IMG/VR virus record: IMGVR_UViG_3300045988_115054
Location: 61,443 to 125,442 of that record
Origin: a virus
Direction: 5' to 3' (one strand)
DNA length: 64,000 bases
Below the pieces are notes generated by a model. That model made no database searches. It had not been told where the DNA came from and saw only the letters and a list, made by a program, of their open reading frames with translations. Shown here piece by piece: positions 18,455-26,869 of the stretch (position 1 is the first letter of the stretch; each line of letters starts with the position of its first letter). Position numbers and translations under genes: made by a program.

Positions 18455-18700
18455 ATGAGAAAACCAATAACAAAATGTCCGCACTGCGGAAGTGATCGTG
18501 GAATGGCTGTTAGGTTTAAAGCTAATGGAACCGATATATATAGTTTTGATGGACATTTGCAAGATGAAGAAATTATTGAATACTGTACATATAATAAATG
18601 TATGACATGCTGTGACTGTGGTAAACGTATAATGAGTTATGATGAATTTATGACACATTATGCAATTGATGAATTAACAGGTAAGCATTTAAAACAGTGA
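18455..18700 (+). CDS. zinc-ribbon protein
   Basis: It carries CPHCGS...CCDCGK paired CxxC motifs. An AGGGAGGTG RBS is present. Confidence 0.5.
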   Translation: MRKPITKCPHCGSDRGMAVRFKANGTDIYSFDGHLQDEEIIEYCTYNKCMTCCDCGKRIMSYDEFMTHYAIDELTGKHLKQ

Positions 18701-18740
18701 AAGGAGAATTTTATCTCCATATATAGAGGGGAGTGATGCC

Positions 18741-19463
18741 ATGAGTAACACAGGATGGATCAAACTCCATCGGAAAATTACAGATCATTGGCTATGGGAA
18801 GACAAACCATTTGCCAGAGGACAAGCAATGATTGACTTACTTATTCTCGCAGGTTATAATAATCAACCTAAGTATGTTGATGGAAACTTAGAAATAGTCG
18901 AGCGAGGATCGATGGTTACTTCGATCAGAAGATTGTGTGATCGATGGGGGTGGAGTAATTCAAAGGTTATCAAATTTTTAAAGACACTGGAAAACGACAG
19001 TATCATACATGTAAAAAGCGACACTAAAAAGACGGTCATAACCATAGTAAATTACAGTGTTTATCAAGGTTTTGTAGACGAACAAGCTACACAGAAACGA
19101 CACCAAAACGACGCAGAAGCGACACATAAAAAGAAAGTAAAGAATAATAATAAATATAATAATAATAATATAAAGCGATTCACACCGCCTGATTGCGAGC
19201 AAGTCTCCAGATATTGTCAACAAAGAAACAATGGGATTGATCCAGAAGAGTTTGTGGATTATTACACAGCCAAAGACTGGATGATGGGCAATAGCAAAAT
19301 GCAAGACTGGAAGGCAGCAGTACGAAACTGGGAACGGAATCAGGCTAAGAAGAACGCTAAACAAAAGCCAAAGGTAACGAACATTGCACACTTGGAATGT
19401 GATCGTGATTATGATTTTGGTGCGTTGGAAAGACAGTTGTTTGAGAAGCAGATGACAGGATAA
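18741..19463 (+). CDS. phage replisome organizer / replication initiation protein (DnaD-like N-domain plus conserved phage C-terminal domain)
   Basis: The N-terminus MSNTGWIKLHRKITDHWLWEDKPF and the C-terminal motif RFTPPDCEQVSRYCQQRNNGIDPEEFVDYYTAKDWMMGNSKMQDWKAAVRNW are typical of the phage replisome-organizer family. Confidence 0.65.
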   Translation: MSNTGWIKLHRKITDHWLWEDKPFARGQAMIDLLILAGYNNQPKYVDGNLEIVERGSMVTSIRRLCDRWGWSNSKVIKFLKTLENDSIIHVKSDTKKTVITIVNYSVYQGFVDEQATQKRHQNDAEATHKKKVKNNNKYNNNNIKRFTPPDCEQVSRYCQQRNNGIDPEEFVDYYTAKDWMMGNSKMQDWKAAVRNWERNQAKKNAKQKPKVTNIAHLECDRDYDFGALERQLFEKQMTG

Positions 19464-19484
19464 GTTTGACGAAAGGATGGAAAA

Positions 19485-19787
19485 ATGTCAGAAAATATTT
19501 ATATTCACTACGGCAGTGATAAGTTTGAGAAAGAGTTGTTTATGCCAATTGTGAACAGAAACATAATTAACAAACCATTTGGCGGTTTATGGGCATCGGA
19601 TATAAAGGCGGATCAGCCGTGGGAGAAATGGTGTATTGATAATGATTTTAGAATTGATAAACTGGACAAAAACTTTAAATTTACATTGGATGATTCGGCA
19701 AATATTGTTGAATGGACAGAGAAAGCCGATTTAAAGCAGGTTCCAACTCAAGATCTATCGGGGATATCTCCCAAAATATTTATTTGA
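19485..19787 (+). CDS. hypothetical protein (possibly the 5' part of a frameshifted gene)
   Basis: This is a 100-aa ORF with a GAAAGGATGG RBS. A 52-aa ORF in the +1 frame (19792..19950) follows with no RBS. Confidence 0.4.
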   Translation: MSENIYIHYGSDKFEKELFMPIVNRNIINKPFGGLWASDIKADQPWEKWCIDNDFRIDKLDKNFKFTLDDSANIVEWTEKADLKQVPTQDLSGISPKIFI

Positions 19788-19974
19788 TACAATGGGCGTT
19801 GTGCCAGATTTTGAGAAGATGGTCGAAGGTGGAGTTGATGCAATTAAGCTTAATTTATCAAAAGGTGATTACGAGTTATATTATGAGCTTTACGGTTGGG
19901 ATTGTGATAGTATTCTGATCATGAATCCTGATATTATTAGACCATTGTAGAAATTGAATAACAGAATGAGATTG

Positions 19975-20000
19975 AGAAGCTTATGGGCTTCTTTTTGTTT
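19975..20000 (+). terminator. rho-independent terminator
   Basis: The hairpin AGAAGC-ttatgg-GCTTCT is followed by TTTTGTTTT. Confidence 0.5.
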
Positions 20001-20104
20001 TGCCTAAATTTAGAGAATAGGAGTGAGAATTATGGAATTAATCGAAGTAGAAATTAGACCAGAAGTACGTGAACAGTGCAATAATTAGAGAGGAGATTGG
20101 AACA

Positions 20105-20401
20105 ATGAAATTATACGGAACAGTGAATACAGAGGTTGATGTGAGTAAATATAATATATTAATAGCTGCGGCTCAAATACTATACGATGGACATCTATAT
20201 GATAGTTGGGGAATTCATACAGAGTTATTGGAGTCAGATCATAGAGAAAATAACACTGGTAAAAGAGCATTATTTAAGGTTGAAGATATATCATATCATG
20301 GTTCCCCAGTATGGAAATATACATTGATTACTGACGATGAAAATGCAATAAATGATTTTCTGTTGGCACAGGAAATAGAAAAAGTAATTAAGAGAGTGTA
20401 A
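20105..20401 (+). CDS. hypothetical protein
   Basis: An AGAGGAGA RBS precedes the MKLYGTV start. The ORF-track start at 20069 lies upstream of that RBS. Confidence 0.4.
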   Translation: MKLYGTVNTEVDVSKYNILIAAAQILYDGHLYDSWGIHTELLESDHRENNTGKRALFKVEDISYHGSPVWKYTLITDDENAINDFLLAQEIEKVIKRV

Positions 20402-20427
20402 GAATAATTAAGAGAGGAGAGATTATC

Positions 20428-21378
20428 ATGGCAGCAACACAGTTTGAAGTTATTAAAACAGCAAACAATAATAACGCAGAAGAACCTGAAGCAAAGATCA
20501 AAAGACGTAAGGACGGAAATCCTAAATGGACTCGATCTAATAAACAAAAAGGCGTATCATCTTTAGTGTATCCAATTAAGAACAAAGAAAAATTTGCAGC
20601 CTTTAATGCATATTTTAGAGACCAGATTGATAAATCGTACACAGAGTACAAACGATATGTAGCTGCCAGAAACAATCTTTTGGTTACAGTTGGAAACAAT
20701 ACAGCATATCGTATCTCTGATATTGTTAGACTCAAATGGGGCGATTTATTGGAAGATAAGACTCGTAAGCAGGAAAAGAAAACAAAGAAATTTAGAACTG
20801 TATACTTTAACGACTTAGTAACCGAAGCAGTGGATATTTTCTTTGAAGCTGTTGCAGGAACTAAATATGATGTCAAGGTTGATGGAGAAGTTCCAATGGA
20901 TGATTATGTTTTTGGAACATGTAAGTCTGGATCAGGACACATGACTGAAGCAAATGCCTTGGATTTTGTTAAAAAAGGTGCTAAAGCAGTTGGAATTGAG
21001 GATAACATTGGTACACATACATTGCGAAAAAACTTTGTATACTGGACACTTGTTGATCATAAGGATGATCAGAATGTATTGTATACACTTATGAGATTAC
21101 TGAATCATAGTAGTCCTGCAATGACGTTTTTATATGCTACAATTACAGAAGAGGAAACACATGTATTGTTCGATGATATTGCTCAGACGTATAAGGATAT
21201 TATCAGCGGAGCATTTAACGGATTAAAGGAAAATGTTATTAATGTGAGTTATGATAGAGTTATGGAGATTATCAAGTGTGCTTATGAGACTGGCAAAGAT
21301 GATGCAGATCAAGATGATAGAGTACATGAGGACAATATGCAGGCACTAAAAGAGTTGCTGGAAGGAGTTATTTTATGA
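20428..21378 (+). CDS. tyrosine recombinase / integrase family protein
   Basis: All three catalytic-domain signatures are visible: TAYRISDIVRLKWGDL (Arg I), GTHTLRKNFVYW (HxxR) and LLNHSSPAMTFLYAT (nucleophile Tyr). An AGAGGAGAG RBS is present. Confidence 0.7.
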   Translation: MAATQFEVIKTANNNNAEEPEAKIKRRKDGNPKWTRSNKQKGVSSLVYPIKNKEKFAAFNAYFRDQIDKSYTEYKRYVAARNNLLVTVGNNTAYRISDIVRLKWGDLLEDKTRKQEKKTKKFRTVYFNDLVTEAVDIFFEAVAGTKYDVKVDGEVPMDDYVFGTCKSGSGHMTEANALDFVKKGAKAVGIEDNIGTHTLRKNFVYWTLVDHKDDQNVLYTLMRLLNHSSPAMTFLYATITEEETHVLFDDIAQTYKDIISGAFNGLKENVINVSYDRVMEIIKCAYETGKDDADQDDRVHEDNMQALKELLEGVIL

Positions 21379-22121
21379 TATTTGTAACAGGAGATACGCA
21401 TGGTGATTGGATGACTCGATTAAACAGTCGTTCTTTTCCTGAAGGCGTAGGGCTGACTAAGGATGATTATGTAATCATTTGTGGAGATTTTGGATTGTGG
21501 CATGACACAAAAGAAGAAAAATATAATCTGGAATGGTTAGACAGTAAGCTATTTACTACACTGTTTGTATGCGGAAACCATGAGAATTATGATCGGTTAT
21601 ATAAATATCCTGTAGAAGAATGGAATGGAGGAAAGGTTCATAAGATTCGTGATTCTATTTTTCATCTCATGCGAGGGCAGATATTTGATATTCAAGGCAA
21701 GAAATTCTTTACGTTTGGCGGAGCTAGTTCTCACGATGTTCAAGATGGAATTTTAGAGCAAGACGATCCAAGAATTAATGAATGGCATAGAGATTATGAT
21801 AAAATGTTTCGCATTAATCATGTGAGCTGGTGGAAAGAGGAGTTGCCTTCAGAAGAAGAAATGACAGAAGGCATGATGAATCTGAAGCAGAATGGATCGC
21901 AAGTGGATTATATAATTACACATAGTCCATACACATCTGCATTACGTCAAATTGATCAAGGATCAGGAGTGTATAAAACAGATATATTGACGGATTATTT
22001 GCAAGAGATTAAAGAATCTGTTGAATATAAAAAGTGGTTCTTTGGACATATGCATGTGAACCAGAACTTTCCAGGAGATAATGCGATTGCAATTTACGAA
22101 CAAATTATTAGGATTTTATAG
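21375..22121 (+). CDS. calcineurin-like metallophosphoesterase (Ser/Thr phosphatase-like)
   Basis: The GDTHGD, GDFGLW and GNHENY motifs are in canonical order. The start overlaps the recombinase stop (ATGA). Confidence 0.7.
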   Translation: MIFVTGDTHGDWMTRLNSRSFPEGVGLTKDDYVIICGDFGLWHDTKEEKYNLEWLDSKLFTTLFVCGNHENYDRLYKYPVEEWNGGKVHKIRDSIFHLMRGQIFDIQGKKFFTFGGASSHDVQDGILEQDDPRINEWHRDYDKMFRINHVSWWKEELPSEEEMTEGMMNLKQNGSQVDYIITHSPYTSALRQIDQGSGVYKTDILTDYLQEIKESVEYKKWFFGHMHVNQNFPGDNAIAIYEQIIRIL

Positions 22122-22132
22122 GAGAATTTTGT

Positions 22133-22453
22133 ATGAAGATAAATACGATTAGACAAAATAAGGAAGAAAAGAAAGCAAACCAGAATCTTATGTGGATTTC
22201 AGCAGAGATTCCACCGCTAAAACCAGATAATGCATCACGTTATATGAGATATAAAACATATCCTGTTATCGTGGATTACCAATATAATGATGGATGTGTG
22301 GGCGAAGTGCTTGATTTCTGTGACTATGATTTTGAAGAAAAGAAATGGAAACTGGATAATCCTCATAAAGTTAGACAGTATTTCCCACTTCCAAGTAAGT
22401 ACAAAGTAAAGTGTTCGAACAAAAAGAGAACATTTGTTCGAAAAATATCTTGA
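22133..22453 (+). CDS. hypothetical basic protein
   Basis: This is a 106-aa ORF with an AGGAGAA RBS. Confidence 0.45.
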   Translation: MKINTIRQNKEEKKANQNLMWISAEIPPLKPDNASRYMRYKTYPVIVDYQYNDGCVGEVLDFCDYDFEEKKWKLDNPHKVRQYFPLPSKYKVKCSNKKRTFVRKIS

Positions 22454-22534
22454 TTTTGTTCTATGGTAGCATTATAATAAGAAATGTAGAGATTCTTTGT
22501 TCACAATAAAAATTAACTTTCTTTCTTGCACCTA

Positions 22535-22563
22535 TTGACAGGGTGCAAAAAGTATGGTATATT
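22535..22563 (+). promoter_or_regulatory. sigma70 promoter (TTGACA-17-TATATT) with an operator-like inverted repeat TGCACC-N8-GGTGCA across the -35
   Basis: TTGACA is at 22535-22540 and TATATT at 22558-22563. The inverted repeat spans 22527-22547. Confidence 0.55.
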
Positions 22564-22613
22564 TAATTCATGAAAACAAAAAATGCAACTGGGGAAAGTT
22601 GAGGGACGTAAAA

Positions 22614-23063
22614 ATGAACGGATATACTAACAAAGAAAGAAAAGGAAACGATAACAGAAAAAGAAAAGAATATGTATATGGCAAATATCAAAATCCTCAA
22701 GTTTGGGGAATATATTTTGCAGATTTGCCGAAAATTGAAGGTAGTCATATCTTGCATGGGAAAAGACCAGTCATCGTATATTCTAATAATATTTGTAATA
22801 ATACAAGCACCGAGATTAACGTGTATCCAATTACAAAAAAATTAAGGAACTGGATACCGACACATGTGACCATTTATCCAAATACCAGTAATGGATTAAA
22901 AATGGTATCACAGGTGTATTTAGAGCAAGGAAGAACAATTCCAAAGAATAATCTTTTAGAGTATTGGGGAAGAATATCTGATCTATCTTTAATGTTAAAA
23001 ATAGGACATGGCATTTTAATACAAAACGGCATGTTATCGTACATGAATGCAATGGCATCCTAG
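22614..23063 (+). CDS. MazF/PemK/EndoA-family endoribonuclease toxin homologue (orphan, no MazE-like partner seen)
   Basis: The sequence WGIYFADLPKIEGSHILHGKRPVIVYSNN...VYPITKK...PTHVTI...SQVYLEQGRTIPKNNL aligns by eye with Bacillus EndoA, [28 protein letters not shown]...ITAQ..PTHVEI...SVILLEQIRTIDKQRL. A GAGGGA RBS lies 7 nt before the ATG at 22614. The ORF-track ATG at 22554 lies inside the promoter. Confidence 0.7.
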   Translation: MNGYTNKERKGNDNRKRKEYVYGKYQNPQVWGIYFADLPKIEGSHILHGKRPVIVYSNNICNNTSTEINVYPITKKLRNWIPTHVTIYPNTSNGLKMVSQVYLEQGRTIPKNNLLEYWGRISDLSLMLKIGHGILIQNGMLSYMNAMAS

Positions 23064-23077
23064 AAATGGAGAATATT

Positions 23078-24094
23078 ATGAATAATAAAGAATTGATACA
23101 AAATTATATAGATTCTCACGTATCAGAATCACGTCGCCCAACATGGAATTGGTTATTAGATTCCGATATTGCGGACGACAATGAATCTGGGTTAACGTAT
23201 GCACCAGGTACAATCCAAGAGGCTATATTATCAGATACTAGAGGTAAAAAAACCAAAAGTATGAATTCTATTAAAAAAAGATATGACCAGCTCGTTAAAC
23301 TATATACTTATGCATATGAACAAAATTACATTAAATATAATCCATTTATTAATGATAAATTTATAAACTTGCAATTAGCAGTTGATATATATTTTTCAAA
23401 TAGAGTTAATGTTAATTATGTTACACCAGATAAAATAAATGCGTTTATTTCGAATCTGATGTCGTGCAATGCATCAGCCGATACCAAATTGAATACTAGA
23501 TTTCACATTGTGAGTTTATATAATGGGATAAATGGAAAGGAGTTAAGAAATCTAAAATTCTCAGATATTAATCAAAATGATTTAACAATTCTTGGGAAGC
23601 CAGTCTCCAAAGATTTTATCGAGACATTGAATGAATATAAATTGAAAATGGGAGATACGAATATATATGATGATTTTGTATTAATACCACGAAAAAAATG
23701 TAATAATATAGAAGAATATCAAGCAGAGCAAAAGAGGATCTATAATAATGTGCAGTCTCAATTAGAATTAACTGGTAACACTTTATCTTATGAGAAATTG
23801 ACAACCATTGATGTTATTAATTCTGGTTTTATACAATATTTAAAATCTAAAATGGATATCAAGGCAATTGCAGATTTATATTATATTAAATCAAAAGAAG
23901 GAATCGCACGATCTATAATCGCACGTCAATTTAGTGATATTGCAATTGATTTTTATTATAATTATTATATATCATATAGAATAAAAAAGAAACAATTTAG
24001 TGATCGTCAAACGGTAATTGGTAAAAGTATTGGTTACCTATATAAGGACGAGGACTATAAGAATTATCGTGTACATCAAATAATGGCAGAATAA
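23078..24094 (+). CDS. tyrosine-recombinase-like protein with degenerate catalytic residues (DNA-binding?)
   Basis: TRFHIVSLYNGINGKELRNLKFSDIN resembles the recombinase region ytGlRisEl.aLkwsDid but lacks the Arg I residue. No HxxR or Tyr signature is seen. The gene is AT-rich. Confidence 0.35.
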   Translation: MNNKELIQNYIDSHVSESRRPTWNWLLDSDIADDNESGLTYAPGTIQEAILSDTRGKKTKSMNSIKKRYDQLVKLYTYAYEQNYIKYNPFINDKFINLQLAVDIYFSNRVNVNYVTPDKINAFISNLMSCNASADTKLNTRFHIVSLYNGINGKELRNLKFSDINQNDLTILGKPVSKDFIETLNEYKLKMGDTNIYDDFVLIPRKKCNNIEEYQAEQKRIYNNVQSQLELTGNTLSYEKLTTIDVINSGFIQYLKSKMDIKAIADLYYIKSKEGIARSIIARQFSDIAIDFYYNYYISYRIKKKQFSDRQTVIGKSIGYLYKDEDYKNYRVHQIMAE

Positions 24095-24108
24095 AGGAAG
24101 GTATATGT

Positions 24109-24474
24109 ATGGACAATCAAATATTAGAAATGTTAGTAGCGAATCAATCAAATCAAATGCATATTGATGTACTTGATTTACACTCATCAGAAATGTCATC
24201 GTGGTTTCTGAGTGAATATAAGATTCGAGCAGATGATAGAAAGATGAAGATCTATGGAAAAGATAAAGATCTTTCATATCATTGGATCGAATTTATTCAA
24301 GATGAGAATTTGTTTTCTCATATTAGGCAGGACGACATATTTGACATAATCAAATGCCTGCAATTTACATACAAAGAGAGATACAATGTTGGAATAAAAA
24401 TACAGACAATAAAAAAGAAAGCAGAAGTCTTTGGTAAAACTTCTACTTTCACACAAATTAAAAATTTCAACTAA
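24109..24474 (+). CDS. hypothetical protein
   Basis: This is a 121-aa ORF with an AAGGAAGG RBS. Confidence 0.4.
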   Translation: MDNQILEMLVANQSNQMHIDVLDLHSSEMSSWFLSEYKIRADDRKMKIYGKDKDLSYHWIEFIQDENLFSHIRQDDIFDIIKCLQFTYKERYNVGIKIQTIKKKAEVFGKTSTFTQIKNFN

Positions 24475-24666
24475 ACAAATCATAGATAACAAAAAAAGAT
24501 TTTTTGAATCTACCGTGTTGGCAGCACGATAGAAAATCGAATTTGATATTTAGAATTGTTTAATCTGAAAGGATAATAATATCCTTAAAATCATTATAAC
24601 AATTCTAAACATGTTCGTCAACATGAAAATTTTTCCAAAAACTACAATTAAATACAGGAGTGATGT

Positions 24667-25323
24667 ATGAAATACATAATTACGGATGGAAGTAAGTATG
24701 TAGCACGAAACCCATACCAAGCTAATAAATACTATCAAGCGGATTGTCTTGATCTGGCAACTCAGTTCACATCAAAGCAAGCAAAGCGTATTCTTGGATC
24801 TAAAAATCGTGATATGAAGTGGATAAAATCAGGCTTTTATATCCAAGAATTTGATGGCAGTAACACTGGAAATGTTATGTCTCGTAGAGAAAGTAAGCGT
24901 AAAAGCAACGGAAATTGCTTTAAGGACTTTGAATGGGATAAATCTATCCTAAACGATATTGAAGCAGAAGAGCGTGCTATAGTAGGTCTTTTGGCATATG
25001 ACTACGAAGAGTTAAGCCAGAAGAAATTTGAGATGGAACAGTCATTATCTTACACGGATTCTGCAATCAGCGATATTCTTCATGCAATTGAAGGAAAGAA
25101 AATCAATGCTGCGAAGAGAGCTGTGATTGTTGGATATCTCAAGACAATGAGAGAGCTACATACACAGATTAAGAAATGTATTCGATATGTAGAAGTAATG
25201 CAGGAAAGCATTAATAATAAAGAAGATATTGGTACATTGAAAAAGAAGTTACAAAGCTCAGAGCCGAATGAATATGTCGGCAGAACAAAGTATTATGAGC
25301 TGATTCAGAATATAATCGGGTAG
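24667..25323 (+). CDS. hypothetical protein
   Basis: This is a 218-aa ORF with an ACAGGAGTGA RBS. Confidence 0.5.
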   Translation: MKYIITDGSKYVARNPYQANKYYQADCLDLATQFTSKQAKRILGSKNRDMKWIKSGFYIQEFDGSNTGNVMSRRESKRKSNGNCFKDFEWDKSILNDIEAEERAIVGLLAYDYEELSQKKFEMEQSLSYTDSAISDILHAIEGKKINAAKRAVIVGYLKTMRELHTQIKKCIRYVEVMQESINNKEDIGTLKKKLQSSEPNEYVGRTKYYELIQNIIG

Positions 25324-25519
25324 AGTTCTTCCTTATTATATATGATGACTCGCACAGGTATTTGTGCAAAATTGAAATGTAAATATTATGTTAGAAAGGA
25401 GATAAACTCCAATACTGTCTGGGTATTCGAGATGGATACGCAGGTATTGAGTGTCGATGAATGTCGATACCATGAAAAATGTAAAGTAACAAATTGATAC
25501 ATTAGAAAAGGAGAATTAT

Positions 25520-26848
25520 ATGGACGAAAATAAAACAGGCGTGTGGATACAGAATGGATATGGGACTCTTGCGAAATTAAAACAATCTTCGATATATCCA
25601 ATTAATACAAAGGATCGTATTTGTATAATGTCGCCAAAATATAATGTTATTTGTGAAGTTAAAAGAATTTCATATTATTCAGATAGCACAAGAGCATCGC
25701 ATTATTATCTTAATCCAGTACAAAGTATATATGGCGCTGGGTTAGCCGCAATTTCTCCTGAGAATACGACTGGTTACTTATATATTATGGTACATCGTGA
25801 TGATGGGACACTGGTATTTGATGGCGATTTAATCGAGGAATATCTTAAATGTGGCTATGTAAATTCCAATACATCAAAAGTAATAATTTTTCCTAAAGGA
25901 CAGGAAACAATGAATGAAGATCTTGAGATTCATACAGGTACGATTTTAGCTGACGAAATAAAAATTGGAACATTAGCCCCACCACCACTTTCAGAAAGAA
26001 AAGTGTCTGCTCTGCCACACTATCAGCAAAAACCAATTACCGCAACGTCAGAACCAATAAAGAATGAGGTTGGTGAGCTTTCAGCCACAGGGAAATCATG
26101 GATGATACATGACGACCGTGGGTTGAGTCCTTATGCACCAACACATATTGATTGGAATGGTGAAATGAGTGCAACTTTAACATTTGAGTCAGAAAAACTT
26201 GAAGAGATCATGAATGAACTTACAGGAAACGAAGAGGAGAAAGATATGAATACGAAGAATTTAAAAGAAATGATCAAACAACCAATCTATGTTGACAAAG
26301 AAATTACAGTGAAGGAACCAGTGTTAGATAACAACGGAAAACAGATTGAAAAAGATGGTAAGCCAGTATTCAAAACTAAACATTATCATGGAATGGTTAA
26401 AATCTTATGGACTTGTGGATCGGAAACTGTTGCGTATGTAGAAGGAAATGATGTGTATGAAAGAGAAAATGGCTTCAAAACCTGTGTATTAAAATACCTT
26501 TGCGGCAACGCAGGTGCTCATGATGCAGTTGACTTCTGGACAAACAAATATGTGAAATATCCAAGCAGCTGTATTGAAGTAACAGAAAATTTATGCAAAT
26601 TAGAAAAAATTCTTGAGAATGACAAGCAGAGAGAAGAAGAAAGAAAAGGTTTGCCTCATGCAAAATTCTTTGTCGTAAAGAAAGAAGAATTAATGTTTGA
26701 TCCACTTAAAGAATCATATGAGGACGAGAATGGTCAAAAGATTAAGGAATTTAAGAAACTTGCTAAGAAGTATTTCCCAGAACTCAAGGGCAAAGAAATT
26801 TATATCAATGACAATAAGAGTTATGAAATCTTCGTAGCAATTAAATAA
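25520..26848 (+). CDS. hypothetical protein (442 aa)
   Basis: An AAAAGGAGAA RBS precedes a long uninterrupted ORF. Confidence 0.55.
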   Translation: MDENKTGVWIQNGYGTLAKLKQSSIYPINTKDRICIMSPKYNVICEVKRISYYSDSTRASHYYLNPVQSIYGAGLAAISPENTTGYLYIMVHRDDGTLVFDGDLIEEYLKCGYVNSNTSKVIIFPKGQETMNEDLEIHTGTILADEIKIGTLAPPPLSERKVSALPHYQQKPITATSEPIKNEVGELSATGKSWMIHDDRGLSPYAPTHIDWNGEMSATLTFESEKLEEIMNELTGNEEEKDMNTKNLKEMIKQPIYVDKEITVKEPVLDNNGKQIEKDGKPVFKTKHYHGMVKILWTCGSETVAYVEGNDVYERENGFKTCVLKYLCGNAGAHDAVDFWTNKYVKYPSSCIEVTENLCKLEKILENDKQREEERKGLPHAKFFVVKKEELMFDPLKESYEDENGQKIKEFKKLAKKYFPELKGKEIYINDNKSYEIFVAIK

Positions 26849-26869
26849 TACATGAAAAGGAGATAAATT

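Noticed and set aside
19712-19918. 68-aa ORF in a third frame spanning the 19485/19792 junction
   Set aside because: It overlaps both better-supported ORFs, and its product is hydrophobic junk without an RBS.
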